DNA of 27,545 nucleotides from Paraphysomonas bandaiensis. Lineage: Eukaryota; Protista; Chrysophyceae. The stretch spans positions 1 through 27,545 of the forward strand of contig CBFFRP010000656.1 in assembly GCA_965644295.1 (NCBI GenBank). The letters are read 5' to 3'. This document shows, piece by piece, positions 19,793-27,545 of the stretch. Both the position numbers and the translations under genes were made by a program. Below the pieces are notes generated by a model. The model did not search any database and was not told the DNA's origin. It saw only the letters and a program-made list of their open reading frames with translations. The first letter of the stretch is position 1, and each line of letters starts with the position of its first letter.

Positions 19793-21186
19793 TGTACACA
19801 AACCAGACTTGCTGGTTTGCTCCCAACAAAATGTATAATAAGGTATGAGTAAACACTTATTATTACTGTTAAATCACCTAACACGGCCAACGATATCCGC
19901 TAGATAACGCCGCGCAGTATTCCCTCTAAGAATAAAGGTCGCTGTTAAGACAGTGTCAAGTAACTTAAACAATGACATGCAAGGAATAACATATAGAATG
20001 GTACGCATCTACAGAATGAACCAAGTTCATTTTATATCACACACACCACACCGCATGCATTCTTGCATACACCGTGTATACCACACGTATTATGACAATA
20101 AAACAAAACTGAATAACAGCGTATGAAACTGAATAACTGCGCATAAAACTGAAATAAAACAATAGTGATAAAACTGAAAAACCGCTTATCTAAATAAGTA
20201 CTAGAGTACCGTATACTCTGTACTCGAGTATGTGCTATAAGACTTGTGCAATTCAAGACATAGACATTCCACTTTGCCCAAAGCTTACGGGTCTGCAAAA
20301 CACATGCCCAGACGTAGCTCACGCTTGGCAACTAAGACCCCGCTTGCTAAAGGTGCTTTTCCAAGCCTGCCAGTCTTTATACCGAGCTCAGAAACATGCT
20401 GTAAGTCTAAGTCTAAGCCTGGCAAGGTACGTAGGGGTCAACCTTCCCTGAAGGCTAGGAATCATGCACGCATACAGGCTTACAATGCTATGGCCATTGA
20501 ATTGGATCTTGAAGCGCTTTTGTCTCGGTGTCCAGAAGGCAACGCTAAAGGTGTAGTCTCAGTACCTTTCTGCCACACGTCTAATCCTGCTTCGTCGACT
20601 GAAGTGTGTCCCTTTTTCCTGGATTGGCATGCTGAACATGCTAATTCTGATAACCCCTTTGTCCACGTGATATCCGGTCCTAATGTTGCTAACCCTGATG
20701 GCTCTGGTTCCGAGAAGGGAGTGGGGGCTTCTATTGCTCTCGCTCCTAGTGATACTGTGCCTGTATGTTTCTATGTGGGTGAGTTGTATACTTGTGCTCG
20801 TAGACCTCCTCGTGGTCGTTATACTCTTGAGGTAGCACCTGGCAGTGGTATCTTTATTGATGCTGAATACGATTCCCGTGATCCTGCGTACCATATGTTC
20901 CATGCACCCACTGAATATATGCGTGTGCCTCCTAATTATGCTCGCTATATCAATACTCTTAGCGAGGAGGATTTGGCCGCGGGAAGGCAATTCAACTGCC
21001 GTTTTGCCGGTTGTCCCTGCGGTCATAATTGTATTGCTGTTTTTGTTACTCGCAATATAGCTGTTAATGAAGAATTGTTGATTCCGTATCCCTTGTTGCG
21101 TTGACTCTCAGTAATTAATTTCATTGTCTTTTAATGCCTTGTACTACTTGTTCTTAGAAGCTACTCTATAAACCCCTAGGGTTACA
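19793..21186 (-). repeat. 3' LTR of element B (1394 bp, TGTAAC...TGTACA on minus strand)
   Basis: PPT GGGGGGAAGAGGTAG (21187-21201, minus strand) abuts 21186; 19793-20176 matches 27162-27545. Confidence 0.9.
20304..21104 (+). CDS. SET-domain protein encoded inside the LTR, antisense to gag-pol
   Basis: EKGVGA, FYVGE, FIDA, YARYINT...NC, VTRNIAVNEELLIPY; basic N-terminus. First ATG is at 20304 (tracked start 20244 is TTG). Confidence 0.8.
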   Translation: MPRRSSRLATKTPLAKGAFPSLPVFIPSSETCCKSKSKPGKVRRGQPSLKARNHARIQAYNAMAIELDLEALLSRCPEGNAKGVVSVPFCHTSNPASSTEVCPFFLDWHAEHANSDNPFVHVISGPNVANPDGSGSEKGVGASIALAPSDTVPVCFYVGELYTCARRPPRGRYTLEVAPGSGIFIDAEYDSRDPAYHMFHAPTEYMRVPPNYARYINTLSEEDLAAGRQFNCRFAGCPCGHNCIAVFVTRNIAVNEELLIPYPLLR

Positions 21187-21246
21187 CTACCTCTTCCCCC
21201 CTTTTTTTTTTTTTTTTTTTTTTTTCGAAATAGAATAAAAGTGAAG

Positions 21247-24200
21247 TCAAACTTGATGCTGTTTGACCTGGGGAAAACGTAGCGCAAAGTCGGAATCTAC
21301 CAGTACCATGGTTGTCGGATCGAAGTCGCGGTGTACAAAACATTTCACGTGATAGTTATCAAATCTGTATGTGGCTTTGGTCATGGGATTCTTGACAGAA
21401 ATTAGCTTCTTGCTGGTTTTATGATACCAGTGAGTAAGCATAAATTGCATCACATATGTAACAGTGGGCGAATCTGGTAGTTGTAGGGCATCATACCAGT
21501 CATCTCCGAATACTCTGATATCTACATACACCTCGTCACCCGGTTGAACCGTAGTTATTGACTGCTTCCTCTTCTCACTGATATATTTGGCGGCCCCATC
21601 CGTGGTATAAATAAGATGATGTAGATAAGGCTTGCTGCTACAGAATTCCTCATAGGCTATGGAATCAAATAAATCCTGGCTGTAAGGTAGCTCTCGGATA
21701 TCTCCATCCTTGAAACGTACTGTAAACAACATTGTTGAACGCCGTTCCCTGTCTCCAGTGTAATATAAAATAGTGTCGATCTCATGCTGATCATGATCTC
21801 GCATAGCCATTTTATAGGCTTGTTCCCTGTCTCCGGGATATAATTTTACATCCCGTACGTCTACTTTTGTTACAACTCCGGTCACCAAATGTTTGCAGTC
21901 AATATCATTCTTATATTGCGATATAACCTGAAATGGTCCTAGGTATCTATGAGACATTTTAGGGTAAACCTTGGCCCCTTTGTCAAATAAAACAAAGTCG
22001 CCCGGCTGATACTGATTCTGTCGCTGAGGAGATATGCCTTTACTGAAACGTTTGGCCTTCAACTTATCTTGATATTCTCTCGAACTGCGTTGCAACAGAG
22101 CTAGATTATCATTGAGTTTATGTAGTCTGGCATGGGCTTTCTCTGGTACTTCATCCCTTCCCATATTGTTATACCTCTCACTCTCAGAACCAAATGTTAA
22201 CTCAAAAGGCGAATGTCCCGTTTCAGATGATACTTCAGAATTCAATACATGTGCCACTGTAGGAATCCAGCTGGGGTCTTCAAATACATCTCGCTTCTCT
22301 TCTTTCTCACTGTAATCGAATACTAATGCTCTTAAATGCCGCACTACCTCTCCTATGATCCTCTCGCATCCATTGGCATGTCTATCCGCTATGCTGAATG
22401 TGTGTTTGACACCAATATATGAGCAAAGTTGGTCAAATAATTGGGATTTTAGATCAGGTCCTTGATCCGATATGATCACATCAGTATGACCAAATTGACT
22501 CCAATACTTCCATACAGTATTAGCAAGGTTTATGGCAGTGACTCCCTTCACTGGTTCGAGGAAGACATGTTTTGTAAACAGATTTACCACCACGTTAATA
22601 TGCGTGTAGCCTTCTTTACCGTGGGGTGTAATTTCCACTGCATCGATACCGATGGCACTACGAGCTGAAGGTGGTTTTAAACTGCGAGGTATAGCTATCA
22701 AAGCTTCTTGCATTCCGAGTCGTGTCTTAGCACAGTTGGGACATTTATTGATCATCTCGGTGACTTCTTCAAAAGATATCCTGTGTCCCGGGCATTTCTT
22801 ATTCAATTTTACCCACGTGGCATAAGCTCCTTTGTGACCTTGTCTGGCATTATGAACTGCTTGAAAACATTCCTCTTTGGATAAATACAACGGTTCCAAC
22901 TCTTCTTCCTTGTCATCCGGATCCATAAAATTGTTAAGATAGATGTCTAAGTTGCCAAACATAGTTTCATCAATGTATTCCTCAATGTCCATATCAGGAA
23001 ATATACCAGCCAAATGTTGCAACTTATGTGCTCTGGAGAGCCAATCTGCTAACCAATTTTGAGAACCTGGAATGTGCCGAATCATAAAGTTAAACGATTG
23101 CAGGTATATACGCCATCTCACAATTTTCGGTACTTCAGATGCCTCCATCCACACTAAATTGTTATGATCGGTCTCAATAATAAACTCCTTGCCCACTAAA
23201 TAATATGCGAGGTTTCTGACAGCATAATAGATACCGTAGCCTTCCTGCTCTATCGTAGCCCATCGTTGTGCTTGCGTTGAGAATTTTTTCGATATAAATG
23301 CTATTGGTTGTAACTGAACAGTACCATCCTCTAAAATTTTCTTCTGTAATAATACTGCTCCTACTCCTAGCTCGCTAGCATCAGTTCTTAGGATCCATTC
23401 TAACGAATAGTCGGGATAAAATAACTCACAGGCATCTTGTAGACCCTTTATGAATCTTCGATACTCCTCTTCATAATCATGCTTCCATGTAGATTTATCC
23501 CAGTTGAAAGTTTTCTTGGTCATGTCCGGAAGATGACCTACCAAGTCAGAATATCTAGGTGTGAACCCTGAGAAGAAAACTCCTTTTCCTAGTAAGCTTC
23601 TGGCCGTCTTAGTACTCGTAGGCATTGGAATGTTAGCCAAAGCTTCCTTCTTATCAGGACTGACCTCATACGATTTGTGTCTGCACACGTAGCCAAAGAA
23701 ATTCACTTCCCGGAATCCCAGCCAACTCTTAGGCATTTTGAGTTTTACATTACGTTCAATACACCGGTCAATTATCATTTCGAACTTCTTATAGGCGTCT
23801 GTGGCATCCTCCGCTAAGATTAACATATTATCAAAAATTACGATGGCCCAGTCGCTGAAGTCCGAAAACAAATCTCTTACAACTTCTTGAAGAATTCCAG
23901 TGGCAGGTGCGATGCCTTCAGGCATAAACTTCGGAGCGAACTGTCCCCATGGTGTTTGAATAGATAATCTCTCCGATGTTTCTTCATGCAATGCTACTTG
24001 ATGGAACGCATTTGTTAAATCAATATCCATGTATAACGGGAAATTTGTAATCTTTTGAATTTCATGTCGCACATTTGGGATTGTGTGGTTGCCAACTTCC
24101 ATATGCTTGTTTATCTGGACGTAGTCCCCACAGAATCTTATGTAGGGTGGCGTAGCCTTTGGTGCAACTACTAAACATGATGCCCATGGCGATCTACTTT

Positions 24201-25254
24201 TACCATAGAAATAACCACATAGTCTATGAAATTCCTTCTCCGACGCTTCCCAGAGTTTCGGATTGATAGGTCTCGCCTTCGGCTTCATACGTTCCGGTAA
24301 ACTCTCTTTCCATTTTAAACGTAACGGCTCTATTCCTTTTATACCGCTCCATTCCTCTGGAACAAAAACTTTCTCCGCTTTACCTTTTAATAACGCTACT
24401 ATATCCGTGTTTGTCCTAAGTTCCTCACTGACATGTTTGTCAATAAGGTCGTGATAATCCTGCACGGCTTCTTGCCGTGGCTTTCCCAAAAACGTTAACG
24501 CATCTCCAAAGTTCACCGGCAATTCTACTTCAGCTTCTTCAGGTGCTTCATCATCATTCGATTTTAACCATGGTTTAACCAAACTACCTTTTGTGACAGA
24601 ATTTAATCTCCTCTGTTCAAGATCATTCGTATTTTGCATCTCATCTATCTGGTTCAGCTCCACTTCATAACCACCACTATCCTTTAGCTCCTGATTGGCT
24701 TCTCTGAGCATCTGATCCATGAATGGGTATAATTTTCCTGTGAGAGCAGGTAAACCTAATATAATATCCTGACTCTTCATGTCTAAGACGAAAAATTCAC
24801 CAGTGTAAGTATGGGTCCTGGCTCTCTTGTCTTCAACTTTCAAATTTAACTTCACTGCCTCCTTCAAAGGTTTCACTGTTCGACTGTCCGCCAATATGAC
24901 TCTGCACTTGGTCTTCATAATATCTTTGTCATCTAATCTACTTCGTATTCTTTTGATTAAATCCGCACTAACATAATTTGCTGACAAGGCTCCAGTATCA
25001 CATAATATATATACTAATTCTTCAATGTCCATTTTTCTGTCTAGCACTACTCTTCCTACCGTGTGACTACTGGATAGAATTTTCTTATCTGGATAACTGG
25101 CGTATAAAACTGAAAACCTATTGTCTTCTTGCTTCAGTCTACGTAAATCAAAATCCTGTGAAAGCGTTCTCCTCTTATCATCTTCACTCTCGCAAGATTC
25201 TTCATGCTCGACTTTTTGCCTACTATGTACATATTCAGTGTCTCTACTTCCTAG
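21247..25254 (-). CDS. pol: Pol B: protease, RT, RNase H, integrase, chromodomain-like C-terminus
   Basis: CDTGA; IDLTNAFHQ, MPEG, VIFDN; TDAS/EQEG/TDH/ADWLSR; H..GH..CPNC; GIDA, SDQG, CER; YLGPF. The frame is open up to the gag stop. Confidence 0.93.
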   Translation of the reverse strand, partial: LGSRDTEYVHSRQKVEHEESCESEDDKRRTLSQDFDLRRLKQEDNRFSVLYASYPDKKILSSSHTVGRVVLDRKMDIEELVYILCDTGALSANYVSADLIKRIRSRLDDKDIMKTKCRVILADSRTVKPLKEAVKLNLKVEDKRARTHTYTGEFFVLDMKSQDIILGLPALTGKLYPFMDQMLREANQELKDSGGYEVELNQIDEMQNTNDLEQRRLNSVTKGSLVKPWLKSNDDEAPEEAEVELPVNFGDALTFLGKPRQEAVQDYHDLIDKHVSEELRTNTDIVALLKGKAEKVFVPEEWSGIKGIEPLRLKWKESLPERMKPKARPINPKLWEASEKEFHRLCGYFYGKSRSPWASCLVVAPKATPPYIRFCGDYVQINKHMEVGNHTIPNVRHEIQKITNFPLYMDIDLTNAFHQVALHEETSERLSIQTPWGQFAPKFMPEGIAPATGILQEVVRDLFSDFSDWAIVIFDNMLILAEDATDAYKKFEMIIDRCIERNVKLKMPKSWLGFREVNFFGYVCRHKSYEVSPDKKEALANIPMPTSTKTARSLLGKGVFFSGFTPRYSDLVGHLPDMTKKTFNWDKSTWKHDYEEEYRRFIKGLQDACELFYPDYSLEWILRTDASELGVGAVLLQKKILEDGTVQLQPIAFISKKFSTQAQRWATIEQEGYGIYYAVRNLAYYLVGKEFIIETDHNNLVWMEASEVPKIVRWRIYLQSFNFMIRHIPGSQNWLADWLSRAHKLQHLAGIFPDMDIEEYIDETMFGNLDIYLNNFMDPDDKEEELEPLYLSKEECFQAVHNARQGHKGAYATWVKLNKKCPGHRISFEEVTEMINKCPNCAKTRLGMQEALIAIPRSLKPPSARSAIGIDAVEITPHGKEGYTHINVVVNLFTKHVFLEPVKGVTAINLANTVWKYWSQFGHTDVIISDQGPDLKSQLFDQLCSYIGVKHTFSIADRHANGCERIIGEVVRHLRALVFDYSEKEEKRDVFEDPSWIPTVAHVLNSEVSSETGHSPFELTFGSESERYNNMGRDEVPEKAHARLHKLNDNLALLQRSSREYQDKLKAKRFSKGISPQRQNQYQPGDFVLFDKGAKVYPKMSHRYLGPFQVISQYKNDIDCKHLVTGVVTKVDVRDVKLYPGDREQAYKMAMRDHDQHEIDTILYYTGDRERRSTMLFTVRFKDGDIRELPYSQDLFDSIAYEEFCSSKPYLHHLIYTTDGAAKYISEKRKQSITTVQPGDEVYVDIRVFGDDWYDALQLPDSPTVTYVMQFMLTHWYHKTSKKLISVKNPMTKATYRFDNYHVKCFVHRDFDPTTMVLVDSDFALRFPQVKQHQV

Positions 25255-26904
25255 TCAAGCTCGAGTACCCGAGGGTTCTCTTCGCATGATGGAAGTTTGG
25301 GACGCAGCACCTGAGTCCGAGGTGCCTTGAACAAATTTATCAATCTTTAATTTCATTTCCTTGGCTGCTTTAACCAATTCTGGACCATGGTGCAAATACT
25401 TGCAGTTGTCTCTCTTGCAAGTTCCCGTGAGTATCTTCTGTAAGCATCCATACTTCTTGTCCGAGTTGGTAGGTGGTCCCACCGCATGTAGATGTTCAGG
25501 AATCTCATCTTCCTCCTCATCTGACTCATTTAGATCAATACTCAAAGAAGCATCTGGTTTTAAATCCGCAGAAATTGCCACGGTAGGTGCTGCTGGTTCT
25601 GGTAAATAATTCCTCCAGTCATCTTCTTCAACTGGTGATTGCTCCGCATCACTATCTGGAACTTCATACGCTCCTTCCTCGATGGCATTCAGAGGTTTCA
25701 AGACGCGTGGTTTTGAAAATATCTTCTTCTCATTTGCCTTTTTTTCTCTGTAGACTCTCAACCTCTCCTTGTGTTCGGTTAAACATTTGTAGGGGATTTC
25801 CTTAACGGCTACACTCAACTGATACTCATCAGAAATAATTTCGGTGTACTGATCAAAGAATTCCTGCATGTTCTTAAACTTAGTTTCTGTCATGCAACTC
25901 CATACATGTTCGAAGTACTCTGCATCATTACACGTTTTGAAAAGCCGAATAAGTCCTCCTGGCTTGTCATCAATTCTCGGGCACCAGTCCTTGTTGCCCT
26001 CCAACATAATGTTAAGCATTCTTCCGAACTCCGATATCAATTTTAGCTGTTGATGGTAGAATGTCTCGTGGTTCACGGGAGACACAACAGCCCATCCCAT
26101 GACTCTGGAATGTCGTAGGGCTTCCTCTAATTCCTTGTAAAACGCTGGTCTAGAAAACACTTTGGTCTCGTTGGCTATCACTCTAATAAGATCTGTAATA
26201 CCAAGCGATCCCAGTTGTCCCTGCGTCAACTGGTATTTGGAACGCAGGTGCTCCTTGCATGCTTGAGAGAGAATTTTCTGAACTCTGACTTTCGTGTTCT
26301 CTTCTTCCTGAAAATTCATGATTGCTTTGATAGCTTTCGTCACCTTCGATAGCTGGAAACTATCTATTCTGACATTGCACTCCTTAGCCTGTCGCATCAC
26401 CACTTCTCCACTCGAGGCTACCTGTCTCTCGCTGCTGGCAATCTCTCTGAATATAGAACCTTTGACTGACTTTACATCGAATGGATCTGATTCATCGTTG
26501 GTTGAAGTTCGCGTTGGAATGATTGCGTCGATAGACTGCCTTCTAGACGCCTGAGCAATCTCATGTAACACGGAAGGTCTACCCTTCTTTTGCTTCTCAG
26601 CAGGTCCTTGTTTCGGCTTTGCCTCTTCTACGGCTTCTTCCTGGCTAAGTTCACTGGCAGGTGCTGGTGAATTTCTAGGAGGAGATGGTTCCGGAAATGA
26701 ATAAGTCCCTTCCAGGACAGCTACTCTTACTCTCAATTCCTTGAGCTCATCGCTGACCTCAGCTACGTCGTGCTTGAGCCCAGCTACATCATCTTTTACC
26801 CCAGCTACTGTCTCAGTTAGAGTATTTACAGCACCCGTTATTTGCTCTACGAATCCCTGCATTAGACGCTGCAGGTCTGTGGCTTCGTCTTGATTGACAT
26901 CCAT
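25255..26904 (-). CDS. gag: Gag-like protein with N-terminal coiled coil and CCCH-type zinc finger
   Basis: Position directly upstream of pol; C-x8-C-x4-C-x3-H (CLQKILTGTCKRDNCKYLH). Confidence 0.82.
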   Translation of the reverse strand: MDVNQDEATDLQRLMQGFVEQITGAVNTLTETVAGVKDDVAGLKHDVAEVSDELKELRVRVAVLEGTYSFPEPSPPRNSPAPASELSQEEAVEEAKPKQGPAEKQKKGRPSVLHEIAQASRRQSIDAIIPTRTSTNDESDPFDVKSVKGSIFREIASSERQVASSGEVVMRQAKECNVRIDSFQLSKVTKAIKAIMNFQEEENTKVRVQKILSQACKEHLRSKYQLTQGQLGSLGITDLIRVIANETKVFSRPAFYKELEEALRHSRVMGWAVVSPVNHETFYHQQLKLISEFGRMLNIMLEGNKDWCPRIDDKPGGLIRLFKTCNDAEYFEHVWSCMTETKFKNMQEFFDQYTEIISDEYQLSVAVKEIPYKCLTEHKERLRVYREKKANEKKIFSKPRVLKPLNAIEEGAYEVPDSDAEQSPVEEDDWRNYLPEPAAPTVAISADLKPDASLSIDLNESDEEEDEIPEHLHAVGPPTNSDKKYGCLQKILTGTCKRDNCKYLHHGPELVKAAKEMKLKIDKFVQGTSDSGAASQTSIMRREPSGTRA

Positions 26905-27161
26905 TACTGTCTATATGCTAAGACAATTGTATCTTACTATCAGACTAGCTACTGGTGGTTGTCTTTGTCCTATGTGAATGCTAAGCTCTCTGTAACAAAT
27001 CTACTGTCTTGACGTGCTTGTCCGCAGGCACAGTACAAGATGAGATATTGTTGCTTCAAACTTCGCTCCCACAATGGTCAATGACTTCCAATGTAGATGA
27101 TAATTTTCTATTACACTACTACGCAATATAAAAGGCCTTGTGGGACTAAAAGTAATATTAC

Positions 27162-27545
27162 TGTACACAAACCAGACTTGCTGGTTTGCTCCCAACAAAA
27201 TGTATAATAAGGTATGAGTAAACACTTATTATTACTGTTAAATCACCTAACACGGCCAACGATATCCGCTAGATAACGCCGCGCAGTATTCCCTCTAAGA
27301 ATAAAGGTCGCTGTTAAGACAGTGTCAAGTAACTTAAACAATGACATGCAAGGAATAACATATAGAATGGTACGCATCTACAGAATGAACCAAGTTCATT
27401 TTATATCACACACACCACACCGCATGCATTCTTGCATACACCGTGTATACCACACGTATTATGACAATAAAACAAAACTGAATAACAGCGTATGAAACTG
27501 AATAACTGCGCATAAAACTGAAATAAAACAATAGTGATAAAACTG
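27162..27545 (-). repeat. 5' LTR of element B (partial, runs out of the window)
   Basis: 384 bp with no differences seen against 19793-20176. Confidence 0.93.

Larger units (their letters stand above)
19793..27545 (-). mobile_element. Ty3/gypsy LTR retrotransposon B, apparently intact and recent
   Basis: gag, then PR-RT-RH-IN pol, PPT and two LTR copies. Confidence 0.95.

Noticed and set aside
21202-21225. Poly(A) tail of a retroposed copy or LINE
   Set aside because: It lies between the pol stop and the PPT of element B with no TSD; it is part of the 3' untranslated region.

Overview
Eukaryotic (protist-like, probably stramenopile; this is inference) nested mobile-element region with no recognisable host gene. 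1-7.2 kb is an AT-rich endogenous Polinton-like virus/virophage-like element: rve integrase, shortened protein-primed PolB, SF3 helicase with one in-frame stop, 5'-truncated major capsid protein and small genes, with a shared promoter motif. 7.4-19.8 kb is Ty3/gypsy retrotransposon A (+), whose Pol carries a SET domain in frame between RNase H and integrase. It is broken by three related TIR DNA-transposon insertions with AAGT...ACTT ends: a 6.2 kb Sola-like element inside the SET domain, a 2.0 kb non-autonomous element inside the integrase, and an orphan end inside the RT. 19.8-27.5 kb is a young Ty3/gypsy retrotransposon B (-) inserted in the 3' LTR of A. It has a TGA-CTAG readthrough gag-pol junction, an IFDN RT motif, no tRNA-type PBS, and a 1.39 kb LTR that itself encodes an antisense SET-domain gene. 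Main highlight: two different LTR retrotransposons that each carry a putative lysine methyltransferase, in different architectures.
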